Positions 48,384-61,470 of a stretch of 64,000 nt of DNA are shown piece after piece. The notes beneath the pieces were generated by a model that worked only from the letters and a program-made list of their open reading frames with translations, had not been told where the DNA came from and searched no databases. Position numbers and translations under genes: made by a program. How positions within the stretch are numbered: position 1 is the stretch's first letter; the number at the start of each line of letters is the position of its first letter. This DNA is from Takakia lepidozioides (taxonomy: Eukaryota; Plantae; Bryophyta), in contig CM060734.1 in assembly GCA_030704615.1 (NCBI GenBank), positions 29,450,001 to 29,514,000 on the forward strand, in the 5' to 3' direction.

Positions 48384-50711
48384 TCAGCGAGCTCCATCGG
48401 GCAAGGGTCCCAAGGTGCCCTCTCCCTTCTTCAATAACTGCAAATGATGGAATCGCATGGGATGTTTCAGCTCGAACTCGTTGATGACTAAAGGTTTATT
48501 CTCTGCGTAATCGATATATTGTTCAGAGGTTGTGGGGTCTGCCGGAAGGGGTTTAAGTCGCCGGCTGGTTTTACCATATGATTGAGAAAATAGGTGCTGC
48601 AAACACAATCTTAATGTCAGCAAATAAGCGGCTAAGAATATTTAGTATCCCTCCCCTAGTCATTCAGAGAAGCAATGGGGCATATCAAGTCTCTTACGTT
48701 GTATGCACTGGTAGGTCCACAGCAGGTACATGATTGTTAATAGAAATGATCCGCCACACTTCCACAAAATCTGTGAACTGCGTAGGGAAATGGACTTCAC
48801 CTGTTTAGCATGAAGGTGACCTGTGTAGCCTTTCAGATGGTGCCTTGCTTCGATAACCTCCAAGGTATCATCCTTAAAGTCTTCAAACTCTCTTCGTGTG
48901 CATATATGAACGGACTTGTAGGGAAGATCACCCATTGACATATGTCGGACTGTCGGTTTGACATACTTGTCTGTTGTACCTATACACTGCCTGGAAAATC
49001 CAATTGGTCAACTGATAAGCCATTATTATACGAGAACGCAAATCAGGCATGCATTTGTGATCTACTTTAGATAAGTACTAGCTACTAGTTACTTGCCTTC
49101 TGCCTTCTTGATACATATTGGTAGCACATCTGGCGTCTGTCACATTGTCTACCATGGAAGTGGTAAACTTGGGGCAATGGAGTTTTCAACAAAATCTCGT
49201 CTCCTAATTTCAGGTCATGGACGAGTTTCCAGACGAGTTTTTCGAGTCCTTGTGATGTTACTGAACTTGGTCGAGCCAGATGCAATTATATGTTTGCCAG
49301 TCCTGTGTGGGTGCACTCAAAACCAGCCGTTTCCCTGGGGTTGTTGGCATCAACACCACTGCTGTGCAAACTAATCATCCGCTTGATCCCTCGAACTCCG
49401 CTGCCGTTTGCGGCCCCTCGGTCCTGCATACGGGCACAAGCTGGCCTCCAATTTTGTAGTATTGGGAAGTCAATGTTCAGACACTGGCAGGAGGAAGGAT
49501 TGAAGTGACGAGTAGAGTTCAGATATACGTAGATCCACTCTACTTTCGACGGAAACTTAGTGGAGGAGGAAACAAGGATAGGACAGCCGGAAAAATTTGT
49601 TGACCAAGTGCTGACGGTCTGGAAGAGCTTGATCGCCCTAGAAATTTCCCACAAGCTACGTCAGATCCACGAAGGAGGCTTGCTCGAGAGTAGTGATACA
49701 TCGATGGCTCAGCTGAGGAATGTACTAGTTGAGTAATATGTACACTGTAATTTCAAGGGGTAGGCCGCAGTGAGATCCAGCATCAAGCCGGTTTGAACTA
49801 GAATTTGAGCTTTGTTGATTGTTTCGGGCATCGTAACGGACCTCATGCTGTGCATGTCAATCATGCCCGAGGCATATCGCATACTCGCAGGAGTTCACGC
49901 TTGCTTGCTTGCCACCTTAATATTTTGGGTTCGTTAACCAGCGCTGGCTCTCCTAGCTGGGCGTAGAAGAAATTACGTCCTTCTACTTTGTTTTCAGTAC
50001 TCTGCAGTAATCGCACCAAGGCACGTAAGCAACAATGCATCAATCGCCTAGCTATGTACATACACATGTGAGAATAATAATAAATCTGTGGACATATTCA
50101 CCCGAGAATTCCTGGTCAGATTCAATCAAATGAGACTATCTAGAGCTTTGGTCAGACTGGTCACTCGACCTGTTTTATCTTCACATCTAAGGAAGGAAAA
50201 TGTGTGCTCGGGTTCAGATCAGATAGAGATCAGATACAATTTAATATAGGTTAGAGCCCCACACTCTTTGTGGTAGCCTAAGATAGAAAAGAGCTCGGGG
50301 TGAAGGAGATTGAAGATGAAGGGATGGACAGTGGTGCTGTCAGGAGCCTATCCTGGCTGAATTAATGACCTCTATTATGCCCACTGAACATCGATTTTCA
50401 TGTTAACTTTCGCCCTTCTCAGCAGTTCAAGTGACATGTGAGACTTGAGATCGTCCATCAGGTAGCCTCTCCAAAGAGTATGTACACGAACATTTCAGGC
50501 GATCTGTTGCAGGAAAAGTGGGCGCACGAACCAGGTGGATGGCCTTGGGGTAGTAGCCCAGAGAATCCATGATCGCCCCAGCGCGCTTGCATGAATCCGC
50601 ATACGAATGTCCAATCATATGGTTTCTGTTTGCTGGTATGAAACCCGTATACCCGGGCATCGGCCCCTCTTTTGCGATTCTTGAATGCGGTACGTGAGCT
50701 TTTCCCGCCAT
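48384..50711 (-). CDS. FAM166/CIMIP2-like ciliary microtubule inner protein, multi-exon
   Basis: MPGYTGFIPANRNHMIGHSY (exon 50711-50532); second repeat HHLKGYTGHLHAKQ|HLFSQSYGKTSR; intervening exons with GT-AG ends. Confidence 0.6.
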
Positions 50712-51725
50712 GTTTGCTAGATTCTAATAGTTCGACTGAGTCGATTTGCTGGGTCCCAAGCTTAACTGTAAGAGCAAAATACAGACACACGAAGCCAGAC
50801 ACGAAAATGAAGGACTAGATTATGCACTGAAGATAGTTGATGCTAGGTCTTGCCTCACTGGGGAGATTACTAGAATCGGTTTATGCGGATCATCCTCTCA
50901 CGACAAACAGGGGAAGTGCTCCAGAGTTGTGCAGTGCATCTATATATGATGAATGCTCGGATCATGGATCATGTGTGAACATACAGAAGACAGTCTAGTA
51001 AACAGGCCTGGAAGAGACAGTAGATGAGCAATGCTTAAGACGGATACTCTCAACTCCCACGCGAGATAATACACTAGAGACTAGAAAACGCAGTACAGCA
51101 AGAAACAGTCTAGACAGATCAGTTGGGTGGTTGCTTCATCTGTGCTCCTTCCCTCACAAGAGTCAAATTGGAGAGTAGTGCGATGAGCTGAGCAGCTGGG
51201 TTGAGGGTGACACACACTCGCAGGAGTAACGTGCATGTAACTCTTGCCAAGGCATCCGTTAGCATCTGATCTTGGAAGCCACGCGGTTTGATTCCTAACC
51301 GCGCGGCTAAGAATCAGCTGCGCATGTCCCTCTGTGTCTTGTAACTGCCACATTCACACGCAAAGCTCCCTCACTAATCTCTTACTCTACTTAGTTTTAA
51401 CACACGATTAACGAAAGTTGAGAGACGCCACAAGCCATCCATCGACACTAAGCGAATTAGGTGAACTAACGGTACGTACTTATGACGATGATGGTTATGC
51501 AAACCTAGCAAAGAACGGGTCTTCGTCTCTCTCATCAAAACCCTCGTTGACGATTATGCTTCTCATTGCCCCGAGCGCTTCTTCTGGCTGATCTTGTTGC
51601 ATCTGTGGGTTGATTCACATTAGGGGAATTGGATATCAGGATAAAAATAAGGGTTTGGAACCATTTCTGGTAGGGTATTGCGAGGCTCTTTGGGAAGTAG
51701 AAAGCGGTAACTGAGACAAGAGTAT

Positions 51726-51756
<31 letters not shown>

Positions 51757-51762
<6 letters not shown>

Positions 51763-52944
51763 GAACGTGGGCATGTGAGGTACTCAGCGCTTTCTACACA
51801 GGACGAAAACCGAGATCGGAAGCTTCCAGGCCGTGGCCGTGAAGTGGAGGATTTGCGCTACCGATTTGAGCTTCCTGAAGAAGTTCCATGGAAATCTATA
51901 GCACTGGCGATCTTCTTGCTGACGTTTGGTTCTCTGTTTCTTGTCATCTCTCACTTCATCTATACTGAGCACATAGGCGGGGATATGTCGCAGGCGTACG
52001 GGTTCCTCGTGTTGGGGATCCTTCTCTTCCTGCCTGGTATGCCCATCTGCTCCATGTGCTGTGAACCTCTAGAGTGATTATCTCTCTATCTTTCTTGTTT
52101 CTTTCTTTCTCTTGTCCCATAAGCTCTTTGAGCTTCCCTCGGACGTTATGAAGTACCATTTCATGTTTTCTTTCTCTTCTTCTTGGCCCTACTTTGCATT
52201 CACAGCTGTATCATACCTGTGGTCAGGCAAGGGCTCAATAGCATGGCTATGTGCCCAGCTCACTACAGGAATGTTGTTAGCACGACCTACCTTCGGCTTA
52301 AGAATACCCAAGCTTGAGTGAGATCCATACCCTGGGGTTTAGAGTCCACAACTGTTTGGAGGAGGTAAGCAGTGCCGTCGGCCATGCAGCCAACATTCAA
52401 TGCGAACGGCCGCTAGATACTCTTGTTTCATGATCTACTGCACAGGAACAAACTACTTACTTCTCCAATCAGGGGAAAGCTGGTGAACGGAAAGCTACAA
52501 TTATCCCTCCAGGAATTCTGTATTTGAGCTTCCAAGATTTATTGAGGAAGGTCTCACCCTTACACATTTCCCATATCTTCATTTCCTTGGAGACACTTTA
52601 TTGTTCCAGCTCATGCATTTCTCTGTCTCTCTGAAGTAGGTCTTTGACCCTCAGGAAATCCCTTGAGCAGTAGTTGCTTTTGGGCTGCTTTTGTCCCCTA
52701 AGCTCTTTTAGCTTTCCATGTTTGTTTCTTACCATCTTTCTTTTCTTTTCTTTGTGTCTCTGACTTGCCATACTTAAGTGTACACTTGGTGGACCTCTGA
52801 AACATCTATATCCCCTCCCTCATGAATATACTGAATGTGATGATGTTTTCTCTGCTGATGGCAGGCTTTTATGAAACCAGAATTGCATACTACTCGTGGC
52901 GGGGCTACAAAGGCTACACTTATTCTCGCATTCCTGCTTACTAA
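51757..52944 (+). CDS. TMEM230: Transmembrane protein 230 homologue; exons 51757-52036 and 52865-52944
   Basis: VPWKSIALAIFLL..GILLFLPG|FYETRIAYYSWRGYKGYTYSRIP. Confidence 0.92.
52060..52165 (+). mobile_element. RTEX-like LINE 3' terminal fragment in the TMEM230 intron
   Basis: ttgtcccataagctct..gagctt..cggacgttatgaagtaccatttc matches 47743-47795. Confidence 0.7.
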
Positions 52945-54575
52945 ATGTTTGGGAAGCAATCCAATTATCAGTTGCTGGTAATGCGATAAGCCAATGGCTT
53001 GCAATGATGGAAATAGGTCTCTCTCTGATGTGAGAAGGGGCCAACCCCAGGACATGTTTTAACCGCAGGTCTTCCCTTCCACGGATTAGTTACAATCCCC
53101 TGGTCGGAGACCTTTGAGTTACCTCAGTATCGCAAGTTTCGTAAGCACAAGCCCTGAGATCAAGTACAACTTTCACTGGCTGTCATTTTCTACTCAGGAA
53201 ATTTTTCTGCTGCCGATGAACCAACCAGGTAACGCTTATCTCTAGGAGGATACCATAACTACTGCTTGGACTCTAAAGGCGTCAGTGAGACCTACATTCT
53301 GATGTGTGAAGAAAAGGCTGCAGCATATATACATCTGTTGTGCTGCTGCCATGTTGGATGGTCTTTGAAGAGGCACAACTGAGAGCTGTATTCTTTGGAC
53401 TGAGACTGATGATTGTCATTTTGTATAACATGTCTTCATTACTCGGATGCAAATCCATGGAGACTGCTCATTATTAACGTATGACGAAGAGGAAGGTAAA
53501 GATGTAGCTTAGGCTTCAGACCGTCAGGTTCTTCTGGGGATTGGCATGTGGTCTTGAAATCCTCATATTGAAGAAGGGAGAGCAGCTAGATGTCCAACTG
53601 GAAATCGGAAGCAAAGAACCTGTGTGACTGACAAGATTTTCAGAACCGAAGTCCCCCTCTCAAATATTACAAGCTATAATAAGTTCTTACGATTGAATGT
53701 TCATTCTGGTCTTCACAACTGAAGCCTTGGCATGGATGAGCAGTTTCTGCATAATGGAAGAAATGTGTGACTTCCTCATGGAAGGTTGCCTACTATAGAA
53801 TACCAGACCTATGTAGGTAGTCTATTGCATCTTCCGACGTAGTCAACGGCTCTGAAGTGGCCCATTTACCGCCTTATGGCTGGCAGGAGGATGAGCACAG
53901 GCTATACCGCCTCAACCTTACTACTTGGGTGGGTGATCCCACTATAAAATGCAAACTGGAGCATGAACCATAACTATATGAATGTTTGTCTAAAATATGT
54001 AAGCACAATCTCCACGCCATCTCCATATTATTTGGCTCTCGCATCTCTGAACTCATTCACAATTCAGACTTTGAGCCTTAGTTGCTTCATTGCTCGAATT
54101 TTAAAATCTGCTACCATGTGAAGGCATGTGCACGGGGAAGCTATGGGAATGGATGTAAAACGACACGACCCGATTCGGGTCGCGTCGTCCTTTAGGGATT
54201 CTTTGCTCTTATTTTTTTGCCATCCTAAGCTATACAACTTCGCCATTTGAAAACTTCAATAAAAGTCTCTTAGTCCCATGGGCACATTTAACCAATTTTT
54301 TACGTCCACGACGACATCCCTATTTTCATCCTTGAAGTATCAGCGATCCATAGGATGACATATCAACTATCCAGATCAATGCTAGCGCCACCTAGCTTGG
54401 AAGTGACCCACGATAAGATGTGTCTCGTCTATACTGCACCCCTTCATTCATCACTACTGATGTTTCATCCCAACACGCTCATGCTTCCATCCCAAAAACT
54501 TTCAAGTCCAATGTTTTAGGCTATATTAGAGTTATTCGTTAAAGTCCAGGGGATGGAAGGTGACTAATTGAGGCT

Positions 54576-56979
54576 AGATTCCGGGCCGGGGATATATTCC
54601 CCTTCTAGTCCGGTATTACCTATAGGAGGGTTGTAGCTCAGTAAGGCAGTGATTCGCTAACTAGGAAGGGATCTGTTGCTTAGAAAGCCCTTTACCAACT
54701 CACATTCATCCAAACACTTATGCATACAATCAATCACAGCAACAGTACAAAGTACTCACTTGTGCTCAAAATCCACCACCCGGATCCATTGAGTGCTTGA
54801 TTTATATAGTACTTAAGTCTGTAATCCTATCTAGACCAAATGGCTGTCTGCCATTGGTTAGCCAAATGTCTATCCAACTAAGCCACTCATTTCGGCCACA
54901 TCACCTAATCTAATCCCTAATCTAACTGTTAACTAAAAGACAAGCCAGACTAAATACAGCCAGCTATGCTAGCGCCTAATGCGTAATGGCTACTGTCTTC
55001 ATCCATCAACATCTAGCTGAAAAGTTCATCCACTGGGTCATTTGTTACTATGGATGAGCGCCTCCATCCTATCTCATCCGCGATGTCATTCATTCACGCC
55101 CAACAAGCAGGTCGGAATCCAGCCCTTACATATATGAGGCTTGCTGGCCACTAGCCGAGTGAGCTCCAGTGAGCTTCCCAGAAGGAGAACAAGGGATCTA
55201 TAACAAAAGCTATTTCAAAAAAAACTAGACATCCGAGCAAGCTTGGGATGAAAAAACCAAATGAACAAAACCTTGCCCTGCAAGGTGGGCGAAGGACAAA
55301 AGATCAAGTTGGAAAAACCCCAAGCTTGGTACAATGTAATGCCATCACTAGTACGAAACAACAACAAGAATGCTAACTATGGCTTAGATTCTACAGCCTG
55401 CAGGCGAGAGAGAGAAGCCCAAGTGGGTGTGTAAACCACCTGTCTATTATCCACATTCAAAAGGTCAAGTTAAATTGCAGAGTGCAGGGAATCAACAGGG
55501 ATACATGAACAGAAGAAGCCAGATGAGGAGTGGAAGAATGCTGAGGGAGAAGCACATACTGCTTGCCTGGAAGAATGTCTGTGATGAGGTAAGGGCCATC
55601 TATGCTCCGCTTAGCCATAAAGACCTGCTTCCCTGGTTGCAATCGCACACATACAGATTACCTGACTTTAAAAGACTCATAATAGATAACCTTACGATTA
55701 TAGTACTTAGCCTGAGAAGCTTGAGCAAAATGGATATTGGACTTGGCAGTCTCACGGAGCTGCCGGCGCTTAGCATCCATGGTAAGCAAAAACTGTTCCC
55801 AGTTTTCAGGCTCAGTGGCTGATACCTGTAACCAAGAAATATGCAAAGGGGTACGGCACTTCCTGCCATACAACAACTCGAAAGGTGACAGCTTAGTACT
55901 AGCATGGATAGAAGTTTGATATGCAAACAGCAGAATTGGAACAGCCATGTCCCACTCATCGATTAAGGTTCCATTTTTCTCCAATATCTGGCACATGGTT
56001 TTGTTAAAACATTCAGTCAAGCCATTGCATTAGGGGTTATATGGGGCAGTCACCGCATGGTTAGTGTTTAAGTTAAACAAGACAATTTCCATGAGATGGT
56101 TACAAAACTCGGTACCTTGATCCGTGAGGATCTCAATGGGACACCTGTGGCGGTGCCTGCTGAGTGCAGATTGGCAAAGACAATCGCAGTGCCACCCTTG
56201 ATGAATTCCCACAGTCTGAGAGGGCTGGGCTTGTGAGGGTGTGCAAAACTCTCTAGATCACGGCCAATCTCACGAGACACTGTAAACTTGGGCACTCCAA
56301 CTTCTGCCCAGCTGAACAACTCACCAGCTCGCATGCCTTCTTTAAGCACAACAAAAGGGATTCGCTTGGCTATTTCCTCCGCGTGCAACTCCTGTAAAAG
56401 TTTCCCAGCCCAGGCCCCTTGGAGAGCTTGCTCCACCTTCCGTTTCTGTTCCCTCTTTTGGGCTGTCGTTACCACCTTTGCAGCTTCTTCTGCCGCCTCA
56501 GCTTCAAACTGAGCGACCCAGTGGTCAGATGGAGTATCAAGCACGATCTCTCCCTTGTCCAAGGTGCACTGGCATCAAAAGGGGCGTACTTACAAATATC
56601 CTCACTCAAGCGGGTACGCAATTCATGCAAAAATGTTAACTCAAAATTCAGGTCAGGCGTGACCTCTGGACAAACAGATTGAGAGCTAGAAGGAGCGGCC
56701 ATGGCGTGCAGTGCAGACACAGTTCGCTGCTTTACACAGAGTAGAGACAGTTCAAAACAAACCACGAACACAGAGCGCCACCATCCTGCTTCTTCTTTGT
56801 ACCTTGTATCTTTTGCCAAAACAGGTGCCACAAGAATGATACAACTTCATCCGTTAGCAGCAACAATTTCTCGCAGTGCCCCCCATCTCCACCAAGATTC
56901 CGGGGCCGGGGATATATTCCCCTACTAGTTTGGTATTACCTATAGGAGGGTTGTAGCTCAGTAAGGCAGTGATTCGCTA
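54576..56979 (-). mobile_element. Internally deleted Ty3/gypsy element: truncated 5' LTR, tRNA-Ala-like PBS, ORF, integrase, 3' LTR
   Basis: ~84-bp direct repeat 54576-54659 / 56895-56979; PBS tggtggagatgggggg (56894-56879); integrase TDQGTEF..TAPYNP..NG.TE.FN..SPFELLYGR (56160-55660); probable LTR 55130-54576 with a TATA near 54800. Confidence 0.75.
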
Positions 56980-57664
56980 GGCGCTTGCACCTACGCACAC
57001 ACATTCGTCATCCTCGACATCGGCACCCCCATCATCACCATCATCCGCATCGTCCGTTCCTCCTATTGTAGATGGTCTTTCCTCATCACCATTGCCATCC
57101 GAGGTCCCTCATACCGACCGGCTACGTGTCCCTTCCCCTCCATTGCCGAGACCACAGCCGCTACCGAGTCCGAGTTCAACATCCTCGACATCGACACCCC
57201 CATCATCACCATCATCCGCATCATCCGTTCCTCCTATTGTACATGTTCTTTCCTCATCACCATCGCCATCCCGGCCATCTCGGCTAGTACTACCTCCACG
57301 CGAGATCCCTCATACCAACCTACGTGTCCCTTCCCCTCCATTGTCGAGACCACAACCGCCACCGAGTCCGTATCCGGGTCCTCCGGCAGAACCCGGATGG
57401 ATCCTACCACCTTTGGGGACTGTGTATGACTGGGACCGATGGATCACTAGGTTCCCACTCCGGGAGAAGGGCCCCCGAAGTGATGGACGGGCGCCGCCCC
57501 CTAGGAGAGGTGGACCGAAGTTGTTTCGCACGGTTGGTCCGCGCCTTTGCCGGCCTGATGACACACCAACTATCAAACTCTTGGATAAAATCATCCAACT
57601 CGATGGTGCCCACCGCCCCAGAGTACCTTCGTGGCCCCTTGGTAGCTCCATACATCTCCTCCAT
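56980..57664 (-). mobile_element. Gypsy gag-like fragment with ~171-bp tandem duplication
   Basis: MEEMYGATKGPRRYSGAVGTIELDDFIQEFDSWC; duplication 57009-57179 / 57180-57375. Confidence 0.45.
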
Positions 57665-58559
57665 TGTGTCCTACAACAATGGCAAGGAAACAACTTGCAC
57701 CGCCGGTATGAGTCCTCCTGATTCATAATCCGAATCAGAACCTTCCGTAGAAGACACAGGAGGTGAAGGTGGCCTAAACCGCACACCTCGTCTCGAGTAT
57801 CGCTAGTGCTCGAACCGGCACTGTCCCCAGCAACTAGTGGCACCTCCATGTTGACAAACTGTCATTCAACCGGTCATGAACATGTCCCTAACCCCTCTCC
57901 ACAAGGTAACCGGGTAGAGAACCTGTTGCGGCTTATGGTTTGGAATACTAGGTTCCTAACATAGCCTACACCTGTACCTGCATCCACCGCAAGCACTCCT
58001 ATGGTTGGCTGGTCATCACCTCCAACCTCACCACAAGAGAAACAATGATGGTCTGGTTGGTCATCACCCCAGCCTCACCATCGACAGCATGCTCTAGGAC
58101 TGGCCGGTGATCAAATCCGGACCAATTACCTATAAAAACAAGCGCCCACACAAAACTATCATGGCACACAGTTAAGCATGCAGGTATGGAGGGGATCCAA
58201 ACACAAGAAATCAGAACGACAACTCCCCCACACCAAAAACAACTCCACGGTGTTGCTCCTGCAAGGACATCCCAGCCCAAACCCGAACTGACTCTTGTCG
58301 CTACCTACGGAAAGGTCTTGGCCTAATGAGAGGGTGGAAACTACGAAGAAGAGAAGCTAAAGCAATGCCTAACCCCAGCATGCCCTTATCCCAACACTCT
58401 TCCTCTCCTCTCTTCCCTCACTTGCATGACCATGGGAATATTATGAAGATACTCCTCAAACCGCCCTCCACGAGCTTCAAAATTCGGCCTTCAAGACCAC
58501 ATGCCAGTCCTTAGGCAGTCGCCTCCACGAGTCAGCACAGGCCGTCCACAGGTCAACAC

Positions 58560-59100
58560 GGGCCACCACAGACCAGCACAGGCCCACACAGCTCACTGGT
58601 CACAGCCATCACAGCCCCACACAGGCCACAGCCTATCACAACCCTACACAGGTCACAAGGTCACAGCCCCACAGGCCGCAGGTCCAGCCCATCACAGGTC
58701 ACAGCCTGTCACAGCCCTACAAAGGTCACAGGGTCACAGCCCCAAAGGTCAGAGCCTGTCACAGCCCATCACAGCCCGTCACAGCCCCACAGGCCACAGG
58801 GCACAGCCTGTCACAGCCCATCACAGCCCGTCACAGCCCCACAGGCCACATGGCATAGCCTGTCACAGCCTGTCACAGCCCCTCACAGCCCCTCACAGCC
58901 CCACAGGCCACTGGGCACAGCCTGTCACAGCCTGCCACAGCACAGCCCCATAGGCCACATGGCACAGCCTGTCACAGGGGTCACAGCCCCAAAGGCCACA
59001 GCCCCTCACAGCCCCACAGGCCACATGGCACAGCCTGTCACAGCCCCTCACAGCCCCACAGGCCACAAGGCACAGCCTGTCACAACCCCTCACAGCCCCA
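58560..59100. repeat. CACAGCC-rich minisatellite
   Basis: gtcacagcc/cacaggcc units, with a ~42-bp higher-order unit toward the end. Confidence 0.9.
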
Positions 59101-59549
59101 TCTATGGCCACTCATGGCAGTTTAGCCATTTCTCCAAGGGGTTTAGCCACGCCAAGCTAGGGTTTGTGTCTCTTGGACTCTAGGCTTCTTTGCACCGAGC
59201 TATGGCGGCTGTGAAGAAATCAGCAAGGTATTCTTGCTCTTTCGGCTCCCACACACCACCAATAGTAGCCCTAAGCCATGAGGAAGATGGTTACCACAAA
59301 CCAAGCCTTCTTTCTCACTTAGACTCCCCAAACACGCCACTAAACTCAATGGCAAACAACCAAGCCTTGCTGGTTTCCAGCCCTTGTGAGCACTCATTCA
59401 AGCGTTTTCCTTAGCCATAGCATCTGTTTTAGAGCCTATTCCAGCCCCCTACATCTGCCACTTCAAGAGCCATGCTCTATCTAGGCTTGAGGTTGAAACC
59501 CCAACTAAGAACACGCTCTACAAGTGTCGGACTGTCACATAAGAGTAGA

Positions 59550-59960
59550 TCAGCCCCTTACCTTCTCTTCTAGTTCACTAAAGCTTGAAAACAAAAGCCC
59601 AATGGATTGAAGGCATGCTCCACACATGCCCCACTCTCACCACCAGAGAATCAGCCCCTTTGCTTTCTTTCTTGCACCCACCAACCTGAAAATACACGCT
59701 TCAGCAGGCTGGAAGCATGCTCCACACATGCCCTACAGGGAAACCAGCCCCTTCATTCCTTTCTTGCACTCCCAAACCTGAAAGTACAAGCCTTTCAACA
59801 GGCTGAAAGCATGCTCCACACATGCATTTCTCTCACATAAGGGAAGTCAGCCCTTTCCTCTTCCTTGCTTGCCCTCCAAGCTTGAAGATGGAAGCTTCAA
59901 TGAGCTGAATACATGCTCCACACATGCAACCTCTTCACACAAGAGGTATCAGCCCCCTAT
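59550..59960. repeat. ~100-bp tandem repeat (4 copies)
   Basis: catgctccacacatgc at ~59614, 59717, 59810, 59912, each followed by cagcccc. Confidence 0.8.
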
Positions 59961-60782
59961 CTTGGCTCCTTAGCTCCTTGATGCTCTCTAAGACAAGACT
60001 AAGTACTCCACAGCCCTTGCCAAGCTCCTGAAACCCTAAGGCTTACATTTCCAGCCACAAGACATTCCTCTTGTGGTGCAAGAGCTCTTCTTCCAAGCTC
60101 TGAAACCCTAGGTGCACATTCCATGGCCTTGCCGCACCTCTTGTTCCAGCCCTGCTCTTGCCATGACAAGAGCCCTCTCAATGCTGAAGCTCGAGATTGA
60201 AACCCAATCTCCACATACTCCACAAAGCGCACTGATTTGCCCCAAGCCAAATCAGCCCTTTCGCTTGGTCTTGCAATCCTGTAGCATGGTGCTTTCATCT
60301 CTGAAGCTGAAGATCGAATGCCAAGGTCTACCACCTCGTAACCCACATCGCCTCCGTTTCTAACAACCAAGAGCTCCACGGTGCTCCTTGCATAACAACC
60401 TGGTTTCTCTCATTCTCAAGCAAAAACCACAAGTGCTACAATTAACTCGTATCTGGCACTCACAAATATGAGCTCATCTTTCTCGAGTGATAAAGAAGAA
60501 GAATACAAGCACGAGCTCACAAATCTGAAGCATAAACTCATGCATATATAACCTCATCACTCAAATACAAGTTAAGCCAAGTGCACCCCACGCCATGGGG
60601 AATCCACACTACGGCGCCATAGCTAGGCGCGGTGAGGCTCAACTCGAAAAAGATGAGCCCACCGCGATCTGCTGTGAAGATAACAACGACAGGTGCCCAA
60701 ACATGTATTGGCCCCTGGATTGACACTTGGGTCAATCCCAAATGTCAATATATAAAAGCTAGCTGTTTCCTAGCTAACTTCA

Positions 60783-61470
60783 CACTAGTGGTAAAATAAC
60801 TTGACATACAACAAGAGAGAATGAGCACTATAAAGATTGGAAGAAGGGGATCAATTGACCCTGGCCTTAGCCATGACCTTTGCAAAGAGACACTAAATAG
60901 GGCCTCTCTGCGACTCCCGGACGTCGCAGGCCCTTCGCATACCGCTGACGGGCGACTTCTAGCAGTCACAACCCCCGCGAGGTGGCGTGCCCTCACCACG
61001 TGGCGGCCAAGGGGAAAATGACATCCTTGCGACACCCAATGTCGCGGCCCTACTGGAGCGTCGCCCCAGCAGACATGCGACTGCGGGGAATCGTAACCTC
61101 GCCATTGCGGCATTGCGGCGACGTCTGGACGTCGCAAACCCCATAATGACCTGACTTGGCCCTCCCCATGCGCCTAAGTGTGAGGGGGTGTTGTTGCGAT
61201 TCCCGGCAGTCGCAGCCTTGCGGGAGCGTCGCAGAGGGTAAATGCGATGCCCGGGCGTCGCAACCCCAGCTCGCTGGTGGGTCATCCCCAACAGCAGCGA
61301 CGTGGCGGAATCGCAAGCAGGTGAAACGTCACCGGCGCGGCGCGGCGGCGACGGGCCGACATCGCAAGTTTCGGGTCGGACGCCTGCACGGCGCTGCATT
61401 CGCAGGAGGGTCATTGCGTCCGGCGCGCCCGGGGTCCCGGCGTCGCTAACCCCCCCTAAACGTAGTAGTG
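60783..61470. mobile_element. CACTA-like non-autonomous element truncating the gypsy pol
   Basis: tagtagtg end at 61470 exactly where the RT-linker YYRRF stops; dense gcgacg/cgtcgc subterminal repeats; candidate left end cactagtgg at 60783; 3-bp TSD not matched. Confidence 0.6.

Noticed and set aside
54625-54659. tRNA-like gtagctcagt (also at 56953)
   Set aside because: No B box or cloverleaf follows; it is part of the LTR repeat.
57092-57721. Proline-rich extensin-like ORF on the plus strand
   Set aside because: Low-complexity duplicated sequence inside a TE nest, with no signal peptide.
58501-59183. Repeat-protein ORFs (QPVTA...)
   Set aside because: Translation of a minisatellite; open in several frames.
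60610-60619. tggcgccgt as PBS for the gag fragment at 57664
   Set aside because: Short match, not preceded by a recognisable LTR end.
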